Made by a program: the position numbers and the translations under genes. A stretch of DNA of 63,556 nucleotides, counting the filler, from Choristocarpus tenellus KU-1152 (lineage: Eukaryota > Protista > Phaeophyceae), in the NCBI GenBank assembly GCA_964200185.2. It is 10 parts of 10 records of this genome, joined end to end, with 100 filler letters (N's around TTAATTAATTAA, not from the genome) between each part and the next. Parts side by side here need not be neighbours in the genome. Positions count along the whole stretch, not along the records: positions 44,001 to 59,266 come from CAXNAD020001027.1; positions 59,367 to 63,556 come from CAXNAD020015770.1; 8 more parts are not named here. One strand, written 5' to 3'. The notes below the pieces were generated by a model, which saw only the letters and a program-made list of their open reading frames with translations, made no database searches and was not told where the DNA came from. Below, piece by piece: positions 52,424-63,556 of this stretch (the stretch's first letter is position 1; every line of letters begins with the position of its first letter).

Positions 52424-52682
52424 GAGCCAAACCAATTGAGAGGTAGGCAGGTTTAGACTCTTTTGCATCCTAAGCCATCATTTTTTCCCTGTGCAATTAA
52501 CTATTTCATTGTTCTACGTACACAATAATAGTGTAGACGAAATTGGTCTTCCCCCTTTCCACAAACAAAGTGGCATAGGAATTCAGCAGTCTCTTTCTGC
52601 AACTGTACAAAATAGGATTTTTTTTGCCCTTTCTTGGAATCCTTAAAACTCAACCCTGCCTAACTCTCAGTTGGTTCGACTC
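52424..52682. mobile_element. MITE family C (TIR GAG[CT]C[AG]AACCAA[TC]TGAGAG.TAGGCAGG)
   Basis: ~28-bp TIRs with GAG...CTC termini; a homologous partial copy lies at ~17500-17674. Confidence 0.75.
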
Positions 52683-54216
52683 ATAGACATTTCTACGCAT
52701 CATACGAAGTATATTTTATATCCTCCAAAAACCTCTCTCTTACCTATGTGGGGTGCATGCCATCATATTGGCACGAATGAAGGACAGGAAACTCTTCTAT
52801 GGTACTCGTGCTTTCAGCTCTAGACCACAGAAGTAGTTGATTGGGAATCGGGGAATGAGATCAACAACACACACACAACGTATAGCACGTGGATGTCCGT
52901 ACTCAATCAGAAACCCAGTGATAAGATTAAAAAAATCAGAAACAAAAATAGGTATAAATATATATGGTAGGAGTGAGTAGGGGGATGATGAGAGTGGTGA
53001 CTATATCGACAGCAAATAACAGGAGCAATACTTCTTGACAAATGGAATGAGACTACCAATGAAAGCAAGAAAGTGGTACTTAAGGCCACATATTCTCACC
53101 ATTACCTCAAGGGGTAGATAGTGGACCGGAAAGTTACTTCCCTTGAGTATGCATTTGCGAATGGCATGACTGGATCAAGGTCTTGAACTTGTTGCCCTTT
53201 GGACGTAGGGAACACTGGTTAGATGGGTGTGTGGTGCTCTGGAAAAGCTTACCACAAATTTTCAGGGCCGCATCATTGACCTTGAGTGCTTCATACTACT
53301 CTACCTCGAAGTATCTCGTAAAGCACTACATCTGGAACATATATTACCATCTTCTGAAATTTCACCTCCAGAAAGTCTTGTATGAATTATTCCCTGAGCA
53401 AAGGGGAGTCATTTCCTTTAGCACTCCTGGGGGCGTATGTGCAAATGAATAACAATTTTTTAGTCAGTAATTGCCGAGTGTGGAGAGCATTTAACAAAAA
53501 ATCACCTTGCAGTCCACACTACCATCCTCCAAGAGCACCCTGAAGAAGAGCTTCGAAGGCTTCAACACTTCAATATTTGTCTCCAGTCAACCGTGGCCAA
53601 ATCCTGCAGTGCTCGGTCCTTGGCCCAGCACAAATGACGCCACAATAAAAAAATATCAGTGGAGCACTACGGATTACATACCTTCAGTAAAGCAAATACA
53701 TCGCTTGTCTAAGTCACTGACTGGGTAGGGAGACATCTCATGGAGTGACAGCGATGTGTGATCGAGCCACCGATGTATTTAACTATATAAAAAAATAACT
53801 ATACTAACACAAAGGTAGTAAGCAACTTAAGGAAACTCCTTCAAGTACACATCACACACACTGCACTGGCAAGGGAGGAGACAGTCAAGCGTAACAAGCT
53901 CACCATTTTGGCCTTCGATACTGCATTGACAAACTCCAATTCTCAGCTGAGCAAAAAGCAGGACGCATTTGTACTAAGTGGAACACCAGGACAAAAAAGC
54001 ATTGATAGAAAACTAAATTCCAAGGTACGGAGACATGCATGCTTACCAAAGAACGAGGGGTACATACATGTTAAAGGTAACATCTTACACCAATAAGAGA
54101 CCCCTGTATGTCACATTTAGCCAGTAGGATATATCTGTCCTAAGCCCTCATACGCCCTCTCATTCTTGTAATCGCTCTACAGGAACAACACACATCACAC
54201 ATGGCCTTCTTTCTGG

Positions 54217-56856
54217 TCATAGCCTTGCATTGGGAACGTTGGTAACACCAGACGCTTCAACTCCTTCACTTCCACCTCGCCTTGCTTCATGGGGGCCCAA
54301 ACACATCCTAGGACGCATTGTGGTGTCTCCATTCTTCAGAAAGTCTTCACACAATACACTGCCCTTAGGTGCCTCCTCTTTCCTTCTATTAATTCGTATC
54401 CTGCCCCCCCCCTCAGGCTCCACTTCCTCCACAGGAATGAGACAAGTCTGAGCAAACATGTCCCTGAACGTATCCCATGTCTCTCCTTCACTACCTATCA
54501 CTGGGTCGCTACTGGCCCCTCCACAGTGACACTCTCCATCCCGACCTCCACCTCCCATTGCTAGATCCACACTAGGGACTTCACCTCTACAAACGCTGAT
54601 GGTACCAATGTCCCACAATTCTATACCCTTCCCAGACTCACAAATTGCCTGGGTGTCTTCCAGTGACATCACGTGATCGCAAAATTTGTCTGTGATTTTG
54701 ATGTTGCCAGTCTGAATCCCTTGTTGGGTAGAAAAGGACCCCATGTCCGCGACCTCACCAGGTATACCCCAACTGAGTTGAAGAAACAAGATGTGGGAGG
54801 GGGAGGGGGGGGAATGAGAGCAGTGGTGCATACCGGAATGAGAGAGGTGTTGTCGATTCCATATCTCTTGAGATTACAGCCCTGAAGACACGAAGTGTTG
54901 TGTTCTCTGTGAGTACCACTCTGACCCTTCACTAGGGTAAGGGATCGTTATATCCATGCGGTTAACCCTAACCCTAAGTTGTTTCTGGTCATGCGTCTAA
55001 TAAAAGGGCTCTCTGACCAGATTTTTTTTTTTTTCAGAAATGTTGGACAATTGACTTGTCACGCGCTCTATAGTACCTATCACCACCCCGAAGTACACAC
55101 CGAGTCCACCACCACCAACACCACCAACAACAACAACAATAACACCTTCACACACCAGATGCATCAAGTCATTCAGTGCATCCATCACCTGGGGGGACAG
55201 GAAGGGCTCTCCCCATCGGGATTCAACACGGCACCATCAATGTTGCCATGGGAACAGCTGCAGCAATCGCGTCTCTCTTTGCTGTTACTGACTTCGCAAT
55301 CTCTTCCGTTGTTGTCAATACGAACTACATAGTCCACCAGGGGCGTTAATGTTAACACGGAGGCAGGCACAGACTGCAGTGTCAGGGCGAGGACAGATGC
55401 AGGCACCGCCCTGCCCGTTTTTTGTGCCCTCCGGGCTGCTCTCTCCAAGACCTTGGCCTCCGGTGCCCACACCTGTGGGAAGGATGGGTTGGGGGTGGGG
55501 TGGGAGACGGGGGAGGGAGAAGGATAACAATGAAGATATGGTCTTTAAACATATAGAGCAGTCATACAAAAAAAAGGAGTAATATGATATGATAGTATTT
55601 ACTGATGCTGGTATAACCAACCTGACATGCAGTGTTAAAAAAAATTATTATATAAGGTCGTACTGTTGTTGTTGACTGAACTGAACTGAACCCACATTTG
55701 AATCGCAGGTACTAAGAACTACTGTATTAACTGTATGGTTTTAGACTATGGTTTTAGACTATGGGAGTACACTGCTTTGTACCTAAGGTATGGATTGGAA
55801 GGGTTGGTGCAATGGAGGGCATCGTGTCAAGGTTTCACCCCCTTTCTCCTTTTCTCTTCTCTTTGCTCTTTCTCTCTTTCTTTTGTCTTTTTTATCCCTC
55901 GCTTTCTCTTGGAAGATACATTCCTGCTGACTGTTAACCAGATCTACAGCGCTCTCTGTCACCCACACCTGCCCCCGCCCCCCCCAAAAAAAAACTTTGA
56001 CAGTACACAGGACCCTCCAAGAATGTGATCATTATACTCACATGAATGATGGCAACTCTCAGGCGAGGGAACCGTTTCCTCAGACTAACAATGTACTCTG
56101 CATACCAGGTTCCGTTCCTGAGAGAACCGTCCACAAGCACATTTCTTCCCTCCATCAAGGCTGCCTCCGTGAGAATTTCGGCCATGAGTCCAGCCTGTCG
56201 TTGGGTGCCAACAGACCTCAACGGTTACATAGACTGTTACAGTATGATATGCTGCAGGTACAGATTTGAAGAATATTGTGCACCATTCACAACACCATTA
56301 TGCCATTGAGTGAGAGTATCTTAGGGTTAGGGTATAAGTTTGGCCCTGTTTGTCCGTTTGGGGCTTGGCTTCCCATGGGTTTTTTTATGATATTTTCCTA
56401 CTCCACAATATTTCGGAGTAGGTAAAATGTGTACGTTATGAAAATGTGTGTCAGGGTCAAGGATATTGACACTTCCTAACAAACACGATAGCCAAAATTA
56501 AACCAAAATCACAACATTAGATTGTGGCCCCCAAATGGACGCGCCTCTACCCTCTAAGATACTTTGGCTCATTGCTACAGAGCAAGCTACAGAGGACCGC
56601 TTGTTGCATTATTAGTATGCTCCACATGGGTACGGTACACTGTACTGTAGGCCACAATAGCCTAGTCCTAACCCTAACCCTATATATTGTATAACGTCAC
56701 AAAAACTAGAAAACCTACCCAAAAGGAAACAAAATATATATTTATTATTTCTTCCTTATCATACGGCTCTTCACATCAAAATAAAAACAGTACACAACAA
56801 GGACATTAGAGGAGTCGACATTAGAGGAGTCCTCCCACCAGTCACTACGCTGAAGT

Positions 56857-56896
<40 letters not shown>

Positions 56897-57430
56897 TACC
56901 TAAATATGTATAAATAATGAAAATATTTACATTGTTCTTTACCTGATAAAGCATGCATAACTAAAAAAAGTATTCCAAAGCATCTTTATTTTCACCCGAA
57001 TTAAATTTAAATTTAAATTTAAAATTAATATTAAAATTAAGCAAAAGACAGACAGACAGACAGACAGATACACCCGGGATGAAAGCAAAGCAGACCATCT
57101 TGTACCACTGCACTCCCTTCCAACATGACCAGGACACCAATAACATGAACAGCATTGATAGTAGGTATATCTTCACCTCTTGGTGAGTGAGAGCGCCGGC
57201 AGTCTCTGCATTTTCTTCTAAATACGCCTCCATCTCTGGTAGACCCCTCCGCAGTCGGTCTGGATCCACCTGCACAAACGCCTCTAGGGGGAAGAAACCC
57301 TTGGCTGCGAGCCAACGCATCACGTGCGATTTCCCCGCTCCCATCGCCCCAGCCGTGAACACAAGCCAAGACCTCTCAGGTAACCCAGACGGGCAGGAAA
57401 AGGCAGGGTCACTGTCCTTAGTATTACCGC
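54217..57430 (-). CDS. Zeta-toxin-like (Zeta_toxin/AAA_33-type) P-loop kinase, last four exons; ends in a PTS1-like -ARL
   Basis: Exons 57430-57177 (WLVFTAGAMGAGKS...VQVDPDRLRRGLPE...), 56194-56042 (GRNVLVDGSLRN), 55472-55189 (RAARRAQKTGRAVP...DYVVRIDN) and 54772-54217 (...WDTFRDMFAQTC...NVPNARL*). Introns are GT-AG with consistent phases 0,0,2. Walker A, DPD, Walker-B-like and R..R...GR.VP lid motifs are present. The 5' exons are not resolved. Confidence 0.87.
56308..56570 (-). mobile_element. MITE family A in an intron of the zeta-like gene
   Basis: Reverse-oriented copy; one TIR carries TTAGGGTTAGGG in place of TTAGAGGG; flanks share ATT. Confidence 0.85.
56860..56893 (+). repeat. (AC)n microsatellite
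   Basis: Seen directly. Confidence 0.95.
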
Positions 57431-57527
57431 CTGAAACCAGGGAGGCAGGCCGCAGGGGGAGGGGGCAGGTGAGAGAACTGTATGTGTTGGAAGAACCAAA
57501 AAAATATACTAGACCTACAATACACAT

Positions 57528-57770
57528 ACGGAGTGTTATGTTACAGTTACGGAGTGTTACGTCACAGTTATGGAGTGTTACGTTACAGTTACGAAGTGTT
57601 ATGTTACAGTTACGGAGTGTTACGTTACAGTTACGGAGTGTTACGTTACAGTTACAGACTGTTATGTTACAGTTACGGAGTGTTTGTTACGTTACAGTTA
57701 CGGAGTGTTATGTTACAGGTACGGAGTGTTACGTTACAGTTACGGAGTGTCATGTTACAGTTACGGAGTG
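57528..57770 (+). repeat. 21-bp tandem minisatellite (~11 units)
   Basis: ACGGAGTGTTA(C/T)GTTACAGTT repeated; lies just upstream of the first resolved exon of the zeta-like gene. Confidence 0.95.
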
Positions 57771-59266
57771 CAAGAGGAGCAATGAGAGTGTTCGTACAAC
57801 ATAACCTAGAAATTGAAGAGTACACAGGGGAACAAGCTCGACTCCTCACTGCTAGAAATTTGTCTTGGTCCACTGTCTTTGTGCCTTCAGTCCTAGGCTA
57901 AGATGGTGCACCCGATGCTATCAACGACGTCACAGTTACCACAAGTTGTGCTACGAAGGTCAGTGGACACACTCCTAAACCCTAACCCTAACCCTGAGAC
58001 CACAACAGCAAGGTTCAAGCGTTGTCATCTCCCTCCACTTCCAAGACTACCTGATTAGGGCCAGTCTCCACACCTGCCTGTGCAAGAATGACGGGCAATG
58101 GGCATCTGGCATACCCATCTACTGGGGAAGGCGAAAATTATGCCAAGGGGTGTGTGCACACTATGTCTGACAGTAAAGCCTTCACATGTATTGCGGAAAC
58201 CTGCATGTTTTCAGGGGTTGCAGGATGCCTGAGTATCGTACTGTACACGATAGAAATCATTAAAAAAAATGCTTGAGGTGGTGGCGGTGATAACCACAGC
58301 CAAAATGGCAACGGGTACATAGAAATATTATTATTATTATTAATAGTTATTAAAATAATATAAATATCAGCACCGGATCCATCGCAAGGGTCCCAGCCCA
58401 TCTCAATGCCGCACAACCTCCTCAGTGTCACCATCGAAGCTCTCCCTCACCCCTCCACAGAAAACGCATTAACTAAAGGGTATACCTTCAGAGGGTACAT
58501 GCATGCACCTTCAACAGTATATAGACATTCAAAGGGTAAACCTCCACAGAGAACTCCTTCAAAGGGTACATACATCCCTGAGGGGGAAACAAACCAGACA
58601 CTTTTTTCATCAGTCCAGACAGCTACCATGGTTGCAGCGAACCAGTCCCATGTCTGTGAGCTGACACATGTGTTGAAATAGCTGACACAGTCATATGCAT
58701 AAAACAGTACTGAGAATTGTAAACGGACTGACCTGGCCAAAATATGTCCCAAATCATAACAAATACATGTGGGAATAAATGTGCTACAATAGATACTCAA
58801 GTGCAAGTGCAAGTCAAGCCTTCGACCACTCTCTTTCCCACCAGTGCACAACAAGCCCTATTTAGATCATACAGGGTAAGCTTTGTATCATCCATGTCTT
58901 AACTCAGTCGCAGCGTGGGTCCACAGTCTGGTCCCAATACAATATCTGACAGCCCCCAGTCCGGACTTGTCAGAAAGTACTCTAAGACGTCCTAGCCTGT
59001 AGACCAAACAAGTTCTAGTATTCGGTGGACCCTGGTCCAATGTGTCAGGTACGAAATTAGAACCTGTCCAGTCCCCGGACTGGTACCTTCACATTCGCCC
59101 AGTCCGACGAAACGAACCGAAAGAAAAACCTCCAAAAAAGGGTGTACCTCCCAATGGAACACCTCCAAGGAGTGTGTATACCTCGGAAGGCCATCATCCC
59201 GCCTTCCAATTGCTGCTGCTGCTGTCCTTCTCTGCACAACGAGGATGCCTCTCTGGAGGCAGGCTT

Positions 59267-59366
59267 NNNNNNNNNNNNNNNNNNNNNNNNNNNNNNNNNN
59301 NNNNNNNNNNTTAATTAATTAANNNNNNNNNNNNNNNNNNNNNNNNNNNNNNNNNNNNNNNNNNNN
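59267..59366. other. Artificial contig linker 9
   Basis: Same 100-nt structure. Confidence 0.97.
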
Positions 59367-59448
59367 CACTTTCCGCGCACCATTTTGGGTCAAACCCATC
59401 CTCCATAGTACGCTCCATCCTCAATTTTTGAAATCCACTGTTAGTTCT

Positions 59449-59704
59449 GAGTCAAAGCATCAAAGAGGCTAGGAGTTTTCCTCTGTCCATTCGGGGCCTG
59501 GCTTTTCGTGAGTTTTTATGTCCATTTTCTGTTTTCTGTGTGAACAGAGTTACTAAAAATGAGTACGACTGTGAAAGGTGTATCCAGAGGAAGGATATTG
59601 ACACTTCCTAACAAACACAATAATAACCAAAATTAATCAAAATCGCAACATTGGATTTATGACCCCGAACGGACGCGGCCCTACCCTCTTAAATGCTTCG
59701 ACTT
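59449..59704 (-). mobile_element. MITE family A, diverged subfamily
   Basis: Reverse-oriented; AAGGATATTGACACTTCCTAACAAACAC interior; ends TACCCTCTTAAATGCTTCGACT. Confidence 0.75.
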
Positions 59705-59787
59705 TGTACTCTAAAAGATACATATTATATACTAAAGTGCATAATACCATACTATTGAATACAAACACAACTACTGTATGTACGTAC

Positions 59788-60070
59788 CTCCTCTCCTTCT
59801 TCAGTGACATCTCCATAATACTGGTAAAGAAATAGAACCATTATTTTTATGTAAAATAGTACCACATGTTTTGATTAAATTAGAGAAAATCACTCTTTGC
59901 TCCTCATGGTCAACCCCTCAGTCATACACAGACATGAATGAGTAAAACAGTCTAACTCAGATACTACATAGAAATAATGAGAGCATACGTACTTCTGGGG
60001 ATGGACAAAGAGCGCAGAAGCCAAAATTTCGCACCTCCAGGGGGTCCCCATTCCATTTAGAAGCGACATA
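59788..60070 (-). CDS. Possible pair of short exons of an unidentified gene
   Basis: Two |gtacgt donors (59992, 59787) and a tttaccag| acceptor give in-phase ...NGDPLEVRNFGFCALCPSPE / YYGDVTEEGEE. No family recognised. Confidence 0.3.
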
Positions 60071-61799
60071 CTGTCTTGCGGTGCCAGACATGACTTAGTG
60101 ACCTATGCAAGTTCGCGCGCATCATCCGGTGAATCGAGATTTCAATCAACATAAGGGAGAATTTTCTACCCGAAAATATGATATTTCGGTTCACAACACT
60201 ACAAATCATCACTGCTGGCATAATGCCACTTCATCACTAAAGGGGTTCCACAAATGGAATATCTGGACAACATACCCCCCCATCCCACCCCCCCATAGTC
60301 TCATAAGAATGCACCTGCAAATTACAACAGAGTGCTCTGTAGTGGTCAATACAGTTTTATAGCGCTACGAACTATGACAGAGTAGCCTTGGTTGGATGTG
60401 GATGCTTGGTGGATGCCACATCAACTTCTGATAAAGGAAAAATTGGCTGGTGGAGGTTGGGTGGAGAGCAATTCTGGCATGCTGTGCGCAGTTGATACGT
60501 CACTTTATGGTGATCTTCCTTGCCCAACACCCTAAACATGTTTCTTCAGCATACCTTCCACTGTTGCCCCCAAGTCGCTAGATGCAACTTGGAGGCATGG
60601 TGTCCAGATATTCCTGCATGAGGTCCTTGTTTTGTCCAACAACTTGAACCAAGACTCATTTGCCAGAGAATCTACGAACATTCAACAGAAGATCAAAACC
60701 AGAAAAACAACGAAAAAGTACACACTGAGCCAAAGTAAACTAGAGATGCCCAGGTTGTATTTTAAGGATGCTAACAATCATGAGAAAAATTCACCTTTTT
60801 GTACAAATGTGTATAGAATTTTTCTTAATTATTTCGAATGATATTTAGTCAATGCTATTTTTTTAATGCTATCGAACTTTTGGGGGGAGAACGACCGATT
60901 CAGCACTTTTTTTCTGGCATCAACCTATTTGATAATGTGTACGGAGTTTTTCCAGGGTACTTCACAGGACCAGCAAATTCAAATGGTCCCATCCGCCAGT
61001 CGGACCGTTCCCATGATTATTTGACATGTACCGATTCATGACCACTGGTTGGACCGGGTCCAGCATTCCTCAACATGTCCATCTCCACTGAGTATTATAC
61101 CGAGCCATATCCAACAGCTGGACCGGGTCTAACATTCTCTAGCAAGTCCGGACCTTATCCACTGTGTATTGTACGGGTCCATATCCGTCAGCGGGACAAC
61201 AGGGTGTGGCATTCTCTACATGTTGGACCATGTGCACTGGTCAGTCTAACTTTTTTTTTAGCATATCTGGACCACGTCCACCACGTGTTACACTAGTCCG
61301 GCCATTCTACTATCGGATTCGTTTGACCATTCTATGCGTTTTTTTTCTTCAGTGTGCAAAATGTCAAAGGTGAAGTTGTATGAGCATTTAGATAGTACTC
61401 TCTCTAATCACCTCGAGACATTCTTTGTCCAAAATCATGGAGGACATATACATATGTTGTATTAGAGAATGTGCAATGAGAATGTCAGGAGGCATGTATT
61501 GAGTGGAAATTATTCAAACCCAATTATTCCATAACACATATTAGTGAGTATATGGTCGGTTTTGCTACACGCACTCGATATGGACGATAAAATGCCTCCT
61601 CTAAAAAATAATAATTATCAAGTGTACGAAATGTTGTACACTTGATATTGATTTTGAAAAATATTATTTTACCTTTCTCAGAAATTCTGGATTAATTGGC
61701 CGCATATTAGCTTTAGATCCACTCCACTCCCCTCAACTGATGTCACACCACTCACTCGACACCACACCATTAAACCACCACTTAGCTTTGCTCACGAAT

Positions 61800-63200
61800 T
61801 CTGGGTTATCAATTTGCCTCGCCTTAGCCTTCTATCCATTCTACTCCTCGCCCACTGTTGTAACACCACTGATAACCAACCAGTGCGACCAATCTTTGCC
61901 ACCAGTTTCCAGTCACCAACCAATGCGGCCAATTCCAGCGAATCCCCCCACCCTCCTTCACAACATTTTCCACCACTTTCCACTACACCACACCATACTC
62001 CACCGCACCACTCAACACCACTCCACAACACTCCACATTCATCCAAGAACCTTTCATCATCCACTTCAATATCGTGCCTTTGAACCAGAAGACATCTACC
62101 CTGCTCGAACTTGAACTACTCCCCCCTTTTCCCAACATCCCACTCAATCGTGAGCAATCGAAAAGGTGGGTGGATGGGAAAGATTGCTCGGAGGTTTCCT
62201 TGATCTGCCCCTGCTTGTCCTGCACCACCACCCTTGGCTTCACTTTTATTTCTGTCCCATTCCTTCTTACCTCATGCCTCCACCTACCAATAATTTCTTT
62301 TAACTTCTCCCTTAACTTTTCTGCCTCCTAGCCATCCACTCCTTAACGTTTCGTCCACCCTCAAACTCTTTCTTTTTACCCCTGCCCAAACTTCAGATTA
62401 CCATGCGCATTCCCCTCTATGAGTTCTCAAGCTCACAAAACTAAGATTATTTCATAAACTCCCCCTTTGTTACAACACCAACTCTGAGGCCACTTTCCGC
62501 TAATGATATCCGCACATAACCAGCCGGTCAATTTCCGTTGCTGATATCCACTCACCATATCAATGACACACCAATGCAACCAATTTCCACCAATGGTATC
62601 TAGTCATCCACCAGTGTACCCAATTTCCGGCACTGGTACCCCATGACCAACTAATGAAACCAATTTTAACCACTGTTTTCCAGTCACCAGTGAATCCTAC
62701 GACCAACTAGTACGGCCAACTTCCGCCCCTGGTATCCCATGACCTATCAACGCGACCATTTTCGTCACTGGTTTTTAGTCACCAAACAAATTCAGTCATC
62801 AACCACTGCGGACAATATCCGCCACCGGAATCTAATCACAGAACAATGCTGCAAATTTCCGCGAATCCACTCCCAAACCAATTCTGCCAAAATGCCCCCA
62901 TCTCCATACATCATTCAATGCACTCCGCATTCTTCCACAACAGTCCATATCCACCCAAGGACACCCCACAATTATCTAAAACACTCCACCCCCATCTACT
63001 CCCATACCATGCCTTTGAAGTAGAAGACATCCACCCCGCCCAAGATTAACCCCCCTCCCCCCCTCCCATCATCTCGCTCAATCGTGAGCAATTAGGAGGG
63101 TGGGCAGGAGGTAAAGATCTCTCAGAACTTGCCTTGATCCAGCCCCTCTTTGTTCTTCTACCCCTGCCTTTGCCTTTGACCTTTATTTCCGACTGCTCCC
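61800..63200 (+). repeat. Degenerate ~0.9-kb tandem duplication containing ~35-40-bp C/A-rich subrepeats
   Basis: GCCTTTGAA..AGAAGACATC.ACCC and CTCAATCGTGAGCAAT occur at ~62075-62160 and ~63010-63092; CCAATTTCC..CACTGGT subrepeats precede each copy. Confidence 0.7.
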
Positions 63201-63556
63201 TAGCTCCATCCACTCGTTTTATATTAACTTCTAGGAGACCCAGTCCGCTTTCAGCATTCACTAAGAAACCCTTAGGGCTATTGGCCTCCACTACAGAATC
63301 ATCCTTGGCCGATCCTGGCAAGGAGGCCTGAGATACTGAAAATCACAGTTTCGGTTCCCGGAGGAAAATATGTTTTTATGTTACATGTGTAGGAATAGTG
63401 AACTGTTACAGGCGCCCCTCAGAACTCACCTCCACAGGATGTACAACTGAAATCCAACGACCTTAGAAAAATGCTATGGGGGCGTTGTGTTACAGGCGAA
63501 TAGAGCGAGCTTTTCTTCTTGTATTTCAACGAAGTGCAAACGTTTGTTACACGCGA

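Noticed and set aside
8264-57430. UDP-sugar transporter + zeta-like (UDP-sugar) kinase + secreted wall protein as a functional gene cluster
   Set aside because: The three genes are on different contigs joined by artificial linkers; there is no evidence of physical linkage
54217-57430. Bacterial epsilon/zeta toxin-antitoxin operon or bacterial contamination
   Set aside because: The gene has spliceosomal GT-AG introns containing host MITEs and microsatellites, and no antitoxin ORF is visible
57528-57770. 21-bp repeats as CRISPR, or as coding repeats (ORFs 57187-57804, 57482-57901, 57570-57785)
   Set aside because: Spacer-less minisatellite; the frames are open only because the unit length is a multiple of three
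57796-59266. Upstream exons of the zeta-like gene
   Set aside because: The candidate exon ending near 57796 has a phase that does not match the 57430 acceptor; no confident model

Overview
This is eukaryotic, intron-rich and transposon-dense DNA, inferred to come from a stramenopile and most plausibly a brown alga. It is not one locus. Nine identical 100-nt linkers (44 N + TTAATTAATTAA + 44 N) join ten separate short contigs, so adjacency across a linker means nothing. Splice-aware reading recovers several genes the ORF track mostly misses: the 5' exons of an SLC35B/UAA nucleotide-sugar transporter; a complete 5-exon secreted protein with two tandem Cys-containing Ig-like (Kre9/Knh1-N-like) repeats; two exons of an organellar-type valyl-tRNA synthetase; a first exon fusing a DIX-like domain to the start of a NAK-family kinase; four exons of a zeta-toxin-like P-loop kinase ending in a PTS1-like ARL; two putative membrane-protein genes; and a tRNA-Gly(GCC). 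The rest is mobile DNA: many 3' fragments of a CRE-clade RLE non-LTR retrotransposon, at least three MITE families with GAG/GRG-type termini and mostly 4-bp TSDs (Sola-like), a TTAA-flanked foldback (Kolobok-like), a TA-flanked TIR element, decayed Harbinger and rve-integrase remnants, and mini/microsatellites. There is no CRISPR array or prokaryote-type multi-gene system. The best candidates for something undescribed are the DIX-NAK kinase fusion, the PTS1-bearing zeta-like kinase, the tRNA enclosed by inverted repeats, and a possibly RT-less RLE retroelement. All family calls are motif recognition by eye, not database results.
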